Source: a virus (taxonomy: Duplodnaviria > Caudoviricetes). From it: 64,000 bases of DNA. A model generated the notes under the pieces. That model was given only the letters and a program-made list of their open reading frames with translations. It ran no database searches and was not told the DNA's origin. Where the stretch lies: IMG/VR virus record IMGVR_UViG_3300025016_000004, one strand, 5' to 3'. A program made the position numbers and the translations under genes. Shown piece by piece: positions 27,436-38,433 of this stretch (positions are counted from its first letter, which is position 1; every line of letters begins with the position of its first letter).

Positions 27436-27870
27436 TTATCCAATTTCTATTCTTCTATTGGGTGAATCTTTATTATTGCTTTTAGGAATGGATATTTTAA
27501 GGATTCCATCAACATAATCAGCTGAGATTTTATCATGCTCAACGTTTTTTGGTAAAGAAAAGCTTCTTTTAAACGATGAATAAGAAAATTCTCTTTTCTT
27601 ATAATTTAAATCATCTTGATTATTTTCCATTGATGATTCAGCTGACACTTCTAATTTATCACCATTAATCTCAATATTAAAATTGGATTTGTTAAAACCT
27701 GGGGTTGCCACATCAATAAGATAAGCTCCCTCATTTTCAATAACATTAACCGAAGGGGTTGTTATTAATCTACTGTCAAAAAGATTATCAAACCAAGGGT
27801 CTAATTTTGGAAATTCAAATAAGCTTGGTGATAACTGACCGTTTTTTTTAATTGGTACTAAAGTTTTCAT
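27436..27870 (-). CDS. Hsp20 small heat-shock protein
   Basis: PSVNVIE...REFSYSSFKRSF.LP...ADYVDGILKISIPK. Confidence 0.92.
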   Translation of the reverse strand: MKTLVPIKKNGQLSPSLFEFPKLDPWFDNLFDSRLITTPSVNVIENEGAYLIDVATPGFNKSNFNIEINGDKLEVSAESSMENNQDDLNYKKREFSYSSFKRSFSLPKNVEHDKISADYVDGILKISIPKSNNKDSPNRRIEIG

Positions 27871-27987
27871 AAGTTCTAAAAATTTTTATTTGTTATTATT
27901 TGTTTGTATGTAGACAAATTATATACCATTAGAAAAAACCTGAAAAAATGTCAGTTTATTTGTTTATCTTAAATATTATTCGTATAT

Positions 27988-28311
27988 TTGCGTATTAAAC
28001 ACAGTATTATGAAAAAACTAGAGATATATAGAAGGGTGTTATTTTATAAAGTAAGGAGTTATCAAGGTGGTGAATATGACATGTTTACAAATTATGAAAC
28101 AATTTTTTATGTATACAAGGGTATTGAAAAAAGAAAGAAATTTTGGCTATTTGGGTCTGAATATGATTATGAAATTTATGAAGAAGTTTTTACTCTAGGT
28201 TTTAATATCGAAAGCAAACACTTCTCAAAGAAAGAGGTTAGAGATAAAATTTACGAACAAGTAAAGTTGTTAGAAAGACAAGAAGAAATCAAAAAAGGAG
28301 AATTAATATAA
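27988..28311 (+). CDS. Hypothetical protein
   Basis: ORF track. Confidence 0.55.
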   Translation: MRIKHSIMKKLEIYRRVLFYKVRSYQGGEYDMFTNYETIFYVYKGIEKRKKFWLFGSEYDYEIYEEVFTLGFNIESKHFSKKEVRDKIYEQVKLLERQEEIKKGELI

Positions 28312-28414
28312 CTTACATAGGAAAAAGATTATAGAGAAGCGAGAATGGTGTCGGTAAAAACCAAAAGGGTAAATAAAGTTTGTTTATTTAAAATAAATTA
28401 CGTATATTTGCATT

Positions 28415-29029
28415 ATGAAATTAACATTAGATACAATTTTAAGTGAATTGAAGATAACTGGAGAAGTTCTAGCGGTTTTTGGGTACGGCTCTCAAATATA
28501 TGGTACAGCGACTGAAACTTCTGACCATGATTTTATTATAGTCATGAAAGGTGCTATGTTAGATAATGGTGCATTTAAGAATAATGCAATTTCTAATGAA
28601 GATTATTCAATTCAAGGTACAGTATACTCAAGAGGTGGATTCTTAGACGCTATTAATAGGTATGATATAATCGCATTGGAGTGTTTATCATTGGATGATT
28701 CTCAAGTGGTATTCAAGAAATGGCCCTTTAAGGTAACCAATTGGAATACCAAAGAAATGATTAAACAAGTTATCAGAAAGGCATCTGATAGTCGTCACTA
28801 TGCTAATATGGCATCAAAGAATGGTGATGGTGAACATGCAATAAAGAGTATGTTCCATGCTTTGAGGATATTACAATTTGGATTACAATTAAAAGAGCAT
28901 AAAAAGATTATTGATTTTCAAGCATGCAATAATTTATATGCGGATTTTAAAAAAATACTTCCAGAAAATTTTGATTCTAGAAATTATTTTCGTATCTTTG
29001 ACAAACTAATGAATAATTTAAAAGAATAA
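28415..29029 (+). CDS. Pol-beta-family nucleotidyltransferase
   Basis: YGSQIYG...SDHDF. Confidence 0.75.
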   Translation: MKLTLDTILSELKITGEVLAVFGYGSQIYGTATETSDHDFIIVMKGAMLDNGAFKNNAISNEDYSIQGTVYSRGGFLDAINRYDIIALECLSLDDSQVVFKKWPFKVTNWNTKEMIKQVIRKASDSRHYANMASKNGDGEHAIKSMFHALRILQFGLQLKEHKKIIDFQACNNLYADFKKILPENFDSRNYFRIFDKLMNNLKE

Positions 29030-29030
29030 T

Positions 29031-30449
29031 ATGACAATTAAAGCAATATTTGATGAAATAAGTAACACAGCTGGTGATAATGCCAAAATGGATGTATTAC
29101 GCAAGTATAAAGACAACGACTTACTTAAAGAAGTTTTGTATCGAATAAAATCTAAAAGAGTGAAGTTTTTTATTAAACAAATACCTGAATATATTTCATT
29201 AAATAGTTCAATCCCAGCTTCATTAGAGTGGGGTTTAAATAATCTTGATGAAATTTCTGACAGAAAAATTAGTGGACAAGCGGCTATAAATCATTTAAAA
29301 TTCATATTAGAAAGTGTATCACCAGATGATGCTTATATCATTGAGAGAATTATTGATAAAGACCCTAAGAATGGTTTAGGTAGAACCTACATTAATAAAG
29401 TCTATGGTGATTTGATTGAGAAAACGCCATATCAAGGTGCTAAATCATATGATGAAAAATTAGCTAAAGATATTTTTAAGAAATATGGTTACGCTTATAG
29501 TGACGTTAAAATGGATGGTAGGTATGCTAACGCAATCATTCAAGGTGGTGAAGTTGAGTTAGAGTCTAGACAAGGTGAAACAACTCATATTCCAAGTGAC
29601 TCATTATTATTTGAGGAATTATCAAAATTCCCTGATGGTGTATTAAATGGTGAGCTTACAATGGAGAATTTAGACCGATACACAAGTAACGGTATTATAG
29701 CTTCAATTGTCGATATTGAGGGTCGTGGTAAAATGGGTGATAGAAGTGATGAAGAAACCGCTAAAAAATTAGTGGCATTCGAGAAAAAGCATGGTAGTTT
29801 TAAAGAAGCTGTTGATAAAATCAGATATACTGTATGGGATTCAATTACATTAGATGATTATTTTAATAAGAAATCTGATATTGAATATAGACATAGATTG
29901 GATTTCTTATTTAAAAAGACTCCAGTTTTAGAATGTGATAGAGTATCAGTAGTTGAACGTAAGAAAGTATATTCTTATGATGAAGCAATGAGTCACTTCC
30001 AAGAGATTTTAAATAGAGGTGAAGAAGGTACCATCCTTAAAGCACCAACAGCTGGATGGTTTGATGGTAAGAAAAATCACCAAATAAAAATGAAATTAGA
30101 AATGAATATTGACCTTAGAGTTATAGGGTTTGAATATGGTGAAAAAAGAAGTAAAAATGAAAATGTTTATTCAACAATAAACCTTGAATCATCATGTGGT
30201 AAATTAAGAACCAATGCTTCTGGTATGACTGAGAAGATGATGAAAGATATTACTGAAAGAGGTGATGAACTTATGGGGACAATAGTAGAAATACGTTGTT
30301 GTGGTTTATCTCAAAACTCTAATGGTGATTGGTCAACTTTACATCCTTCAGTTGTTGAATTGAGAGATGATAAAGATACTTGTGATTCATTAGAGTCATG
30401 TCAAGAGATTGAAGCAATGGCTAAAGGATTAGGTAAAGAAGTGGGATAA
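29031..30449 (+). CDS. ATP-dependent DNA ligase
   Basis: KMDG, NGEL, EEGTILK, IKMK motifs and an OB domain. Confidence 0.92.
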   Translation: MTIKAIFDEISNTAGDNAKMDVLRKYKDNDLLKEVLYRIKSKRVKFFIKQIPEYISLNSSIPASLEWGLNNLDEISDRKISGQAAINHLKFILESVSPDDAYIIERIIDKDPKNGLGRTYINKVYGDLIEKTPYQGAKSYDEKLAKDIFKKYGYAYSDVKMDGRYANAIIQGGEVELESRQGETTHIPSDSLLFEELSKFPDGVLNGELTMENLDRYTSNGIIASIVDIEGRGKMGDRSDEETAKKLVAFEKKHGSFKEAVDKIRYTVWDSITLDDYFNKKSDIEYRHRLDFLFKKTPVLECDRVSVVERKKVYSYDEAMSHFQEILNRGEEGTILKAPTAGWFDGKKNHQIKMKLEMNIDLRVIGFEYGEKRSKNENVYSTINLESSCGKLRTNASGMTEKMMKDITERGDELMGTIVEIRCCGLSQNSNGDWSTLHPSVVELRDDKDTCDSLESCQEIEAMAKGLGKEVG

Positions 30450-30739
30450 TGGGAAAGTTATTTATAATTATTACAATAATTTTGGTTTACGTTATTGGGT
30501 ATGTAATATCATTAATTACATTGAAGAGGTGTGCTAAACAACTTGGGTTAGACCATTACGATGATAATGATAGAGGGTATGTAATGATGGATGATTATGA
30601 ATCAAATGAATCAGCTTGGATATCTTTTAGTTTTGTTTGGCCAGTGTTCTGGTTTATAATTGGAATCATTGGATTCTTCAAATTCATTTCAAATCAAAGT
30701 GAAAAATTTTTAAATAAATTAAATAATGAAAAAACATAG
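30449..30739 (+). CDS. Small protein with two TM helices
   Basis: Two hydrophobic segments. Confidence 0.6.
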   Translation: MGKLFIIITIILVYVIGYVISLITLKRCAKQLGLDHYDDNDRGYVMMDDYESNESAWISFSFVWPVFWFIIGIIGFFKFISNQSEKFLNKLNNEKT

Positions 30740-31190
30740 TGCATTCCCGAAAATCGGGCAATATAGACAAGTAGTAAAAGAAGCTAGAGATAGAGCCGCA
30801 TACATAGGTAAAGATGAGAATGGTGATGCAATTTTTGACTATTCTAAAGTTGCACCAACCATTAAATTTAAAGGTACTGTGAAACTTCATGGGTGTTTTG
30901 ATAAAAACTCTTTAGTTACTTTAAGTAATGGTGAAGAAATACCAATTAGTGAAATTAATGTTGGTGATTCTATTTTGAGTTATGATTTTGAATTTAATAG
31001 GTTTGTGGATAAAAAGGTTGTAAATACTGAAAACTTTAAATCAAATAAAAATTGGGTTGAGCTAGTATTTGATAATAATTCTTCAATAAAATGTACTGAA
31101 GACCATAAAATTTACACAAAAAATAGAGGGTGGGTTGAAGCCATTAACTTAACTGAAGAAGATGTTTTTTTAGAAAATGACCAAAATTAA
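30726..31190 (+). CDS. RNA ligase (Rnl2-like) N-extein plus split intein N-part
   Basis: GTVKLHG | CFDKNS...CTEDHKIY..GWVEA. Confidence 0.88.
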   Translation: MKKHSAFPKIGQYRQVVKEARDRAAYIGKDENGDAIFDYSKVAPTIKFKGTVKLHGCFDKNSLVTLSNGEEIPISEINVGDSILSYDFEFNRFVDKKVVNTENFKSNKNWVELVFDNNSSIKCTEDHKIYTKNRGWVEAINLTEEDVFLENDQN

Positions 31191-31234
31191 AGTTAGTTTC
31201 ATGAAACGCTACATATTTATATTAAAAAGTAAAT

Positions 31235-32062
31235 ATGGTAATTACAACATGGTGTGAATTAGTAAATGGTAGGTGGGGTTACTCAAAACACCTATCTAAG
31301 ATAAAATTTCCGATTAATATGGTTAAATGTGATGATTGTAATCACATATATAATGAAAGGTTTGATAAAACAAATAAAAGGTTTGAAAAAAATGAAAAAG
31401 ATTTGTGTAAAAATTGTGTTAAAGAGAAAGAAGCTAAAAGACTTTCAGAGGTAGGTAAAAAAGCTTTAAGTAAAATATCAAAAAAAGATAGAACCAAAAA
31501 TGCTAAATTGGGTGGTGAAGCATCATCTTTGAATCATAACAATTCTGGTAGATTTTCAACGGAAAGGTGGGAGTCTATGAGTAAAAAAGAGCAAAATAAA
31601 CAAGTAACAAGAGCAAATAAGGCATTACACGATAAATTAAATTCAGATGAAGAATTTAGATTAAAACATTATTTAAAGATTTTTAAAAATTCTAAAATTG
31701 GTTTTACATCTAAAGGTCATAATGAATTACATGATTTTTTAAAAGAATATGGATTTAAACAGCACCATGTAATAGATAAACTTGAGGTTGATGAATGTAA
31801 TGTTAATAGAAAAATCGTTGTGGAATATAATGGGGATTTATATCATTGTAATCCTAGAAAATATGATGGTGATTACTACAACACAGCAATTAAAATGATT
31901 TGCTCTGATAAATGGGAAAAGGATAGAAAAAGAACTTGGTTATTAAAAAGAAAGGGATATAAAGTTTTTGTTGTTTGGGAAGATGATTGGTATAAAAATA
32001 GGGAAAAAATTAAAAATAGATTAAATAAATTTATTAATAATGAAATTAAAAAAGATAAATAA
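31235..32062 (+). CDS. Free-standing Vsr-like/DUF559-type endonuclease between the intein halves
   Basis: VDECN..VEYNGDLYHCNP...D..R..L...GY.V..VWE. Confidence 0.78.
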   Translation: MVITTWCELVNGRWGYSKHLSKIKFPINMVKCDDCNHIYNERFDKTNKRFEKNEKDLCKNCVKEKEAKRLSEVGKKALSKISKKDRTKNAKLGGEASSLNHNNSGRFSTERWESMSKKEQNKQVTRANKALHDKLNSDEEFRLKHYLKIFKNSKIGFTSKGHNELHDFLKEYGFKQHHVIDKLEVDECNVNRKIVVEYNGDLYHCNPRKYDGDYYNTAIKMICSDKWEKDRKRTWLLKRKGYKVFVVWEDDWYKNREKIKNRLNKFINNEIKKDK

Positions 32063-32999
32063 AATAAAAGAAAGAAGGTCATTTGACCTTACGATACAAG
32101 ACACAAATTGTTTTTTTGTAAATGACATTTTGGTGCATAATTCAAATGCGGGTATTGGACATACTGAAAATGATGGTATTTGGGCACAATCTAGAAGTAA
32201 TATTATAACTCCTGAAAATGATAATATGGGGTTTGCAAGGTATGTTGAAGATAATAAACAAGCATTCCTTGAATTGGTTGAACATGTTAGATATGTAAAC
32301 CATAAGATTAACCCAAACGATACTGTTATTGTATTCGGTGAATGGGCTGGTAAAGGCATCCAAAAAGGAGTTGCAATATCTCAAATAGAAAAGTCATTTT
32401 TCATATTTGACGTAAAAGTTGTACCTGAAGATAGTACTAAACCATATCATTTAGCTTCTCACTATTTAAGAGATATTGACCATAGAATTTATAATGTTGA
32501 AGATTTCTTATCTTATGAAATCGAAATTGATTTTAATAGACCTGATTTGGCTCAAAATGAATTAAGTGAGATTACCATTGCAGTTGAAGAATTATGCCCC
32601 GTAGGTAAAGCTTTTGGTATTGAAGGAATTGGTGAGGGTGTGGTTTGGTGTGCAACGGTTGATGGTCATGATTACCGTTTCAAAGTGAAGGGTGAACGAC
32701 ATAGCGCATCTAAAGTTAAGACTTTAGCTAAAGTTGATACTGAGAAAATAAATTCTATCCATGAATTTGTTGGTTACGCTGTAACTCAAAATAGATTTGA
32801 ACAAGGTATGGGCATTATTTTCCCTAACGGAGATATTGACATTAAAAAAATGGGTGATATCATTAGATGGGTTGTGAATGATATTATGGCCGAAGAAAAG
32901 GATGTTTTAGAAGATAATAACCTCCAATCAAAAGATGTCAACAAATACATTTCAACAAAGGTTCGAGAACTCTTTTTAGAGGAATATAATAAACTTTGA
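32040..32999 (+). CDS. Split intein C-part plus RNA ligase (Rnl2-like) C-extein
   Basis: FDLTI..FFVNDILVHN | SNAG; FGEWAG; GEGVVW; FKVK. Confidence 0.88.
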   Translation: MKLKKINKIKERRSFDLTIQDTNCFFVNDILVHNSNAGIGHTENDGIWAQSRSNIITPENDNMGFARYVEDNKQAFLELVEHVRYVNHKINPNDTVIVFGEWAGKGIQKGVAISQIEKSFFIFDVKVVPEDSTKPYHLASHYLRDIDHRIYNVEDFLSYEIEIDFNRPDLAQNELSEITIAVEELCPVGKAFGIEGIGEGVVWCATVDGHDYRFKVKGERHSASKVKTLAKVDTEKINSIHEFVGYAVTQNRFEQGMGIIFPNGDIDIKKMGDIIRWVVNDIMAEEKDVLEDNNLQSKDVNKYISTKVRELFLEEYNKL

Positions 33000-33030
33000 T
33001 AATAAAACCACCGAAAAGTGGTTTTTTTTT

Positions 33031-33300
33031 TTGCTAAAAACTTGTTTTTTTCCTTTTTTTGTAGTTACATTGCACAAAGATTATAAAATTATGAAAAACA
33101 TACAAAACGGAGTTTTTAGATTAACAAAAGATTCAAGCCCAATGGAAGGTGTCGAATTTAAAGCTGGTCAAGAATTTGAACTTATTGGTGGTGTTATTTA
33201 CATGGGTGGATTCCCATTACAACTTAATTTCCAAAATTTAATAAAAACGTGGATGGATAAAAACCCAACATTATTTGAAAATGATACAAGAGACTTTTAA
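33031..33300 (+). CDS. Hypothetical protein
   Basis: ORF track; probable ATG at 33091. Confidence 0.55.
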   Translation: MLKTCFFPFFVVTLHKDYKIMKNIQNGVFRLTKDSSPMEGVEFKAGQEFELIGGVIYMGGFPLQLNFQNLIKTWMDKNPTLFENDTRDF

Positions 33301-34015
33301 GAATATGGAAACCGAACATACATTATATGAGTGGTGTTTAGTTAATAATATTAGAATTTTAGATTTAGAAGAGAGTGAGTATGATGAATATATGTTGGAT
33401 AAACTTAGTCTTGAGAGATTTAAATCTGTTATAGAAGAGTATAAAGTAGTTTATAATTCTACACCAGGAAAACCTGAAAAATTCTTAGAATTAAGAATGT
33501 ACGGTTTAGTACCATATAACCTTTCACCAATTCAACAAGGAATTCAATTTAATCACGCAAATGATGTTTATAGTCTTGAATGGGGAACGAATAACGAAAA
33601 ATATGATTGGTTCAGAACTGAATGGATGACCAATATTTTATTGAATGGCGGTACATCTAATGAAGGTCATGAGGTAAGACATGGATTTAAAACTGAGTTA
33701 TATGTTGGCACAATGCAACAACATTTAGCTGATTTAACATTAAATGGCATCAAGGTTTCAAGATTTTATGAACCTGATTTAAACTCTATGTTAACAGCGA
33801 TAGTATTTCTTGTTGACGAAAGAGTGTTTAATAAAAATTTATACCCTGATTTTTCACCAATGCCAGCATTAGATTACGTTGGGGATGTTAGTGATGACCA
33901 AATAGCTTCATGGGTTAGAGTTAATGATGAGCAATATAATAAATGGGTTGAAAAAGTTGGTGGCCCTAAGAATGTCTTTTTAAGAGAATTCTTAAAAGAT
34001 AAAAAATTAGCATAA
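33275..34015 (+). CDS. Phage protein with a Pth2-like fold region
   Basis: LSPIQQGIQ..HA; LNGG; FYEPDL...TAI. Confidence 0.5.
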   Translation: MKMIQETFKNMETEHTLYEWCLVNNIRILDLEESEYDEYMLDKLSLERFKSVIEEYKVVYNSTPGKPEKFLELRMYGLVPYNLSPIQQGIQFNHANDVYSLEWGTNNEKYDWFRTEWMTNILLNGGTSNEGHEVRHGFKTELYVGTMQQHLADLTLNGIKVSRFYEPDLNSMLTAIVFLVDERVFNKNLYPDFSPMPALDYVGDVSDDQIASWVRVNDEQYNKWVEKVGGPKNVFLREFLKDKKLA

Positions 34016-35650
34016 ATGAGTAAAGATAAAACAAACAAAGTTAAATTTAAAGATTTAACAGACGAGAATAAGGACTATATTAGAATGACTTATTATGATG
34101 AGGAATTAACCCATAAAGAAAAAATGGAAATTCTCACAAATAAATTTGGTGTTGAAGGTAGGACGATAAGAAAATGGTGGTTAGAAAAAATGGACTTACA
34201 AAAAGTCTCATCAAAATTACCACCACAATTATTAGAAGCTCGTGATAGAAATCTACCATTAAATACAAAAGTTTTAATGGTAACATCAGCTCAAAATGAA
34301 ACTCCAATTAACCACAAGCAATTAGCTTCAATGTTAATTTATAAGGATTTTATTACCAATAAGTTAAATAAGGAGACCAATATTGTGGTTATACCAGTTA
34401 GGTACCGTAATCCAACAACACCAACGGAAGACCAGAATAAGAAAAAAGACATGTGGTGGGTTGATGAAATAAAGGATAATATCTATTATAATAAAGTTGA
34501 ATTTGGTGATACTACCATAGCAGCTGACACACATATTTCACCAACAGCTAAAATGCCATTAACTGGATTAGATGCATTGAGTGATGATGGTCATTTGATT
34601 TTAGGTGCATTTAGAATTCATTTTAAAACTCAAGCTAGGCTTAGAAATACACCATTAAGAACTATGAGTACGACTGGTGCGATTACTAGGAAGAATTACT
34701 CTAGAAGTAAAGCTGGTGACACTGCCGCTATACATCATTCATATGGTTTTAGTATCATTGAGTTGAGAGAAGATGGTACATGCCATATTCCTAGAAATAT
34801 CTATGTAACTGATGATGGTGAATTTACTGATTTATGTTATAAGGTAACCCCTGAAGGTGTAACTAAAGTTAAAAATGTTGAAGCTATTGTTTGGGGTGAT
34901 ATCCATAATGAAGTTATTGATGAAGCGATATATGAGAAAACCAAAGAGTTGTGTGATATTTTAAAACCTAAAGTTCACGTATTGCATGATTTATTAGATG
35001 GGGCCAGATTTAACCCACATGAAAGGTTAGATATGTTTAGCTTACGAAGAAAAATCGTTAATGGTAAATACCTTATTGAAGATGAAGTAGATGAAGCTGT
35101 TAAATTTCCTAAAAAGGTATTAAAAGAATGTGGTGGTGATAAAGTGTATGTGGTTCAATCAAACCATGATGAATTCTTAGATAGACATATCAACGATATG
35201 AATTGGAAAAGAGATTTACATAATTCACCAGCTTATTTGAAATATGCAATGATTCATCAAACTATTGATTTAGAGCTTTATGGAAATATATTTGGTTATT
35301 TACTAACCGAAAAATATGGTAAAAAGAAAAAAGTTAAATATCTTAAATTCGGTGACCACTTAACTATCAAAGGTTTTAACCTAGCTATGCATGGTGACCA
35401 TGGTACAAATGGTTCTAGAGGTAATATAACGCAATATAAGCGTATGAACTTTAAAATGATACACGGACATAACCACTCACCTATAATAATGGATGGTGTG
35501 ACTTCTGTGGGTCTTACAGGGCATGTTAAACAGTTCTACACTAGAAAGGGTGTTAGCACTCACGCATACGGACATTGTTTGGTTCATGAGAATGGAAAAC
35601 GTCAATTATTGGTGTTTGATGATAATGGAGAAATAACAGATTTAATATGA
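34016..35650 (+). CDS. Calcineurin-like metallophosphoesterase with an N-terminal HTH
   Basis: GDIH, HDLLDG, SNHD, MHGD, HGHNH. Confidence 0.8.
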   Translation: MSKDKTNKVKFKDLTDENKDYIRMTYYDEELTHKEKMEILTNKFGVEGRTIRKWWLEKMDLQKVSSKLPPQLLEARDRNLPLNTKVLMVTSAQNETPINHKQLASMLIYKDFITNKLNKETNIVVIPVRYRNPTTPTEDQNKKKDMWWVDEIKDNIYYNKVEFGDTTIAADTHISPTAKMPLTGLDALSDDGHLILGAFRIHFKTQARLRNTPLRTMSTTGAITRKNYSRSKAGDTAAIHHSYGFSIIELREDGTCHIPRNIYVTDDGEFTDLCYKVTPEGVTKVKNVEAIVWGDIHNEVIDEAIYEKTKELCDILKPKVHVLHDLLDGARFNPHERLDMFSLRRKIVNGKYLIEDEVDEAVKFPKKVLKECGGDKVYVVQSNHDEFLDRHINDMNWKRDLHNSPAYLKYAMIHQTIDLELYGNIFGYLLTEKYGKKKKVKYLKFGDHLTIKGFNLAMHGDHGTNGSRGNITQYKRMNFKMIHGHNHSPIIMDGVTSVGLTGHVKQFYTRKGVSTHAYGHCLVHENGKRQLLVFDDNGEITDLI

Positions 35651-35686
35651 AAGCTAAAATAAAAATTTGATTTTTTAAAAAAATTA

Positions 35687-36244
35687 TTGTATCTTTGTAT
35701 TGTGAATACAACATTTAAAATAAAAGGTAAGATAGTTTTTGACCCACCAGACATCACTTCTAAACATAAGAAGCAAGCTGATTGGAAGAAAGTCGCATTT
35801 GTAGAATTTGATGGTGACATCAAAGCTTACTACAGATGGTTTGTGAAAAAAAGATATAATCTTATTTTAGGAGAATCAATTAGAAAGGCTCATGTAACAT
35901 TTATAAACGACAGTCATAGAGATATGGGTGATAATGTTAAGAAATGGGATGATGTTAAGAAGAAATGGGATGGAAAATCAATTGAAGTTAACTTATCAGT
36001 TGATGTTAGGTCCGATGGTATCAATTGGTGGTTGGTTGTACCAGAAGAAGGTAGGGAAGAGTTACATGCGATTAGAGCTGAATTAGGGTTAGGTAGACCT
36101 TATTTTGGTTTACATATGACATTTGGTATCGCTAGAGATGCCAAAGATGATGATTTTGAAGGTAACGGTGTGAGAGCTGTTAGACAAAATGAAGAACATT
36201 CAAGATACATTCTTGGATTAATAGATAAAGGATTGATAACATGA
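35687..36244 (+). CDS. 2H phosphoesterase-like protein
   Basis: Two HxT motifs (AHVTF, LHMTF). Confidence 0.65.
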   Translation: MYLCIVNTTFKIKGKIVFDPPDITSKHKKQADWKKVAFVEFDGDIKAYYRWFVKKRYNLILGESIRKAHVTFINDSHRDMGDNVKKWDDVKKKWDGKSIEVNLSVDVRSDGINWWLVVPEEGREELHAIRAELGLGRPYFGLHMTFGIARDAKDDDFEGNGVRAVRQNEEHSRYILGLIDKGLIT

Positions 36245-36332
36245 AAAGATTTAGATGGAATTTAGGGGTACTTATTTTAAAAATAGGTTATTGGATTAGA
36301 CAAGAAATCCCACAAAAACCTTATTTTAAGAA

Positions 36333-36584
36333 ATGAGAATAAAGGCGATATATAAGAAAAACCTTAAAATGCCTGAAGGTAAGGTTGCAGCGCAAATAGC
36401 ACATGCAGTTAAGAATCTAGGTATAACACCACTTGATTCAGATATAGTTGTTTTAAGAGTTTCTGATAAGAAATTTGATGAATTAGTGGTTGAGCATCCA
36501 GATTGTTATGTACAAGTCGATAAAGGGCTTACAGTAGTTGAAAAAGGTACTGCAACAGCTGCCGCTTGGATAGAAAGTAAGTAA
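36333..36584 (+). CDS. Peptidyl-tRNA hydrolase type 2-like protein
   Basis: LKMPEGKVAAQIAHA...DKGLT. Confidence 0.8.
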   Translation: MRIKAIYKKNLKMPEGKVAAQIAHAVKNLGITPLDSDIVVLRVSDKKFDELVVEHPDCYVQVDKGLTVVEKGTATAAAWIESK

Positions 36585-36635
36585 AAATACCCCATTTGTT
36601 GTGTGGGGTATTTTGTGTTTTAGGGTAATTATCTC

Positions 36636-36824
36636 TTATTTAATCTTTTGGATTAACTCTTTGATGACTGCATAGTTGAAATATACGAATAATCCCGCAC
36701 AAGCTCCCGCTAAGAAAGTCCCAAGACCACCTCCAATAAAAATAAAAGAACCAGCACAAGCTCCCGCCCATCCTAGATTTCCTAATCCTGTGGCTTTAAT
36801 CCACTCTTTAATTTTGTTTACCAT
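36636..36824 (-). CDS. Small Gly-rich membrane protein
   Basis: Two TM segments. Confidence 0.55.
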   Translation of the reverse strand: MVNKIKEWIKATGLGNLGWAGACAGSFIFIGGGLGTFLAGACAGLFVYFNYAVIKELIQKIK

Positions 36825-37145
36825 AATATATTTGTTTTTTATATATATAAATATGCCGAAAATTTGGAAAATCAGACAAAATGTAGTATAATTGCGTTAA
36901 GAAACAATTAAATTACAACAAATTAAAAAAAAAGTGGGGATTTCATTTGGTAATCCCAGATTTTATTTTTATGGTTGTACCAACACCTCATGATAAAATA
37001 TTAGAAAATAGTAGAAAAGATTGTAGTTGTAGTAATGTTAAGACCGAAAGGTTTATGTATATAGATGCAATTAAATATTAAAAATTATTTAGTTATTTAA
37101 AATAATTTACATACCTTTGAAGAGTTAATATAAAATTTTTTGAAA

Positions 37146-38429
37146 ATGATTACTAAAGAAAATGGTTTAAGGTATGCAAAATTAGTCCATGTATCAGTTG
37201 ATAATGGGTTAACATCTCAAAGTAATAAGGTGTATATAATGGAAGAACAACCTGATGGTAGAATCAAATGTGATTATGGTCGAGTTGGTAAAGATTTAGT
37301 GACTGTCTACAAGCGGTCACACGAATGGAATAAAGTTCTTCAAAGTAAAACAAACCCTAGAAAGGGTTATCAAGATGTTACAGACCTTATTGCTGAAACC
37401 ACAACAACCTCTTCAAATAGTACATCATCAAAAACAGCTGATATTAAAGATAATCAAGTAAAACAATTATTTGATGATTTAATGGCTTATGCAAATAAAT
37501 CAATCCAAAGAAACTATAAGGTTACACAAGATGCTGTAACTCAAGCACAAATTGATGCCGCTCAAGAAGTTTTAACAAAAGCTTCAGGATTGGCTAAAGT
37601 TGGTGTTAATGTTAAAGAAATCAACGACTTATTAATAAGACTGTACACCATCATTCCAAGAAAAATGAAAGATGTTCGTGATTATTTGATTGATGCTGCG
37701 GATGATAAAGATGATTTAGATAAGATAAAAAACTTCTTAGCTAACGAACAAGATACATTAGATACAATGGCTGGTCAGGTAAAACTTATTAGTCAACAAA
37801 AGGGTTCAACCATTGATGATGATTTAGATGGTGATGGGGAAATTACCTTATTAGAACAAATGGGGTTAGAGGTGTCTGTTGAAACTGACCCTAAACAATT
37901 AGAATTGATAGATAGATTGGTTGGACCAACTAAAGATAGACTTAAAAAGGTTTATAAATGTGTTAATAAGAAAACACAAGCTGTATTCGATAAACATTAC
38001 GGTAATGCTAGATTTAAAGACAGAAAATTATTCTGGCATGGGTCTAGAAATGAAAATATTTTTAATATAATCCAATCAGGATTATTAATTAGACCTTCAG
38101 GTGCAGTTCATACGGGGTCAATGTTTGGTGATGGAATATATTATGCTAATAAGGCTCAAAAATCATTAGGTTATACTTCAGTAAGAGGTTCTTATTGGGT
38201 AAATGGTAGTTCTAATAAGGGTTATTTATTGTTATATGATGTTTATCATGGAAAACAAAAAGATATTTATAAACATGATTCTAGTTGTTACTCATTATCT
38301 CAAAAAGTAATGGATGATGAAGGTTATGATTCAGTTTATGCACATGGTGGAGCGGATTTAAGAAATGATGAATTCATTATTTATAACCCAAAACAGTGCA
38401 CTATTAAATATATAATTGAGATAGTCTAA
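37146..38429 (+). CDS. PARP-like enzyme: WGR, regulatory and catalytic domains
   Basis: YGRVG; FWHGSR..N; GSMFGDGIYYA..AQKS; NDEFIIY (H-Y-E triad). Confidence 0.9.
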   Translation: MITKENGLRYAKLVHVSVDNGLTSQSNKVYIMEEQPDGRIKCDYGRVGKDLVTVYKRSHEWNKVLQSKTNPRKGYQDVTDLIAETTTTSSNSTSSKTADIKDNQVKQLFDDLMAYANKSIQRNYKVTQDAVTQAQIDAAQEVLTKASGLAKVGVNVKEINDLLIRLYTIIPRKMKDVRDYLIDAADDKDDLDKIKNFLANEQDTLDTMAGQVKLISQQKGSTIDDDLDGDGEITLLEQMGLEVSVETDPKQLELIDRLVGPTKDRLKKVYKCVNKKTQAVFDKHYGNARFKDRKLFWHGSRNENIFNIIQSGLLIRPSGAVHTGSMFGDGIYYANKAQKSLGYTSVRGSYWVNGSSNKGYLLLYDVYHGKQKDIYKHDSSCYSLSQKVMDDEGYDSVYAHGGADLRNDEFIIYNPKQCTIKYIIEIV

Positions 38430-38433
38430 ATTA

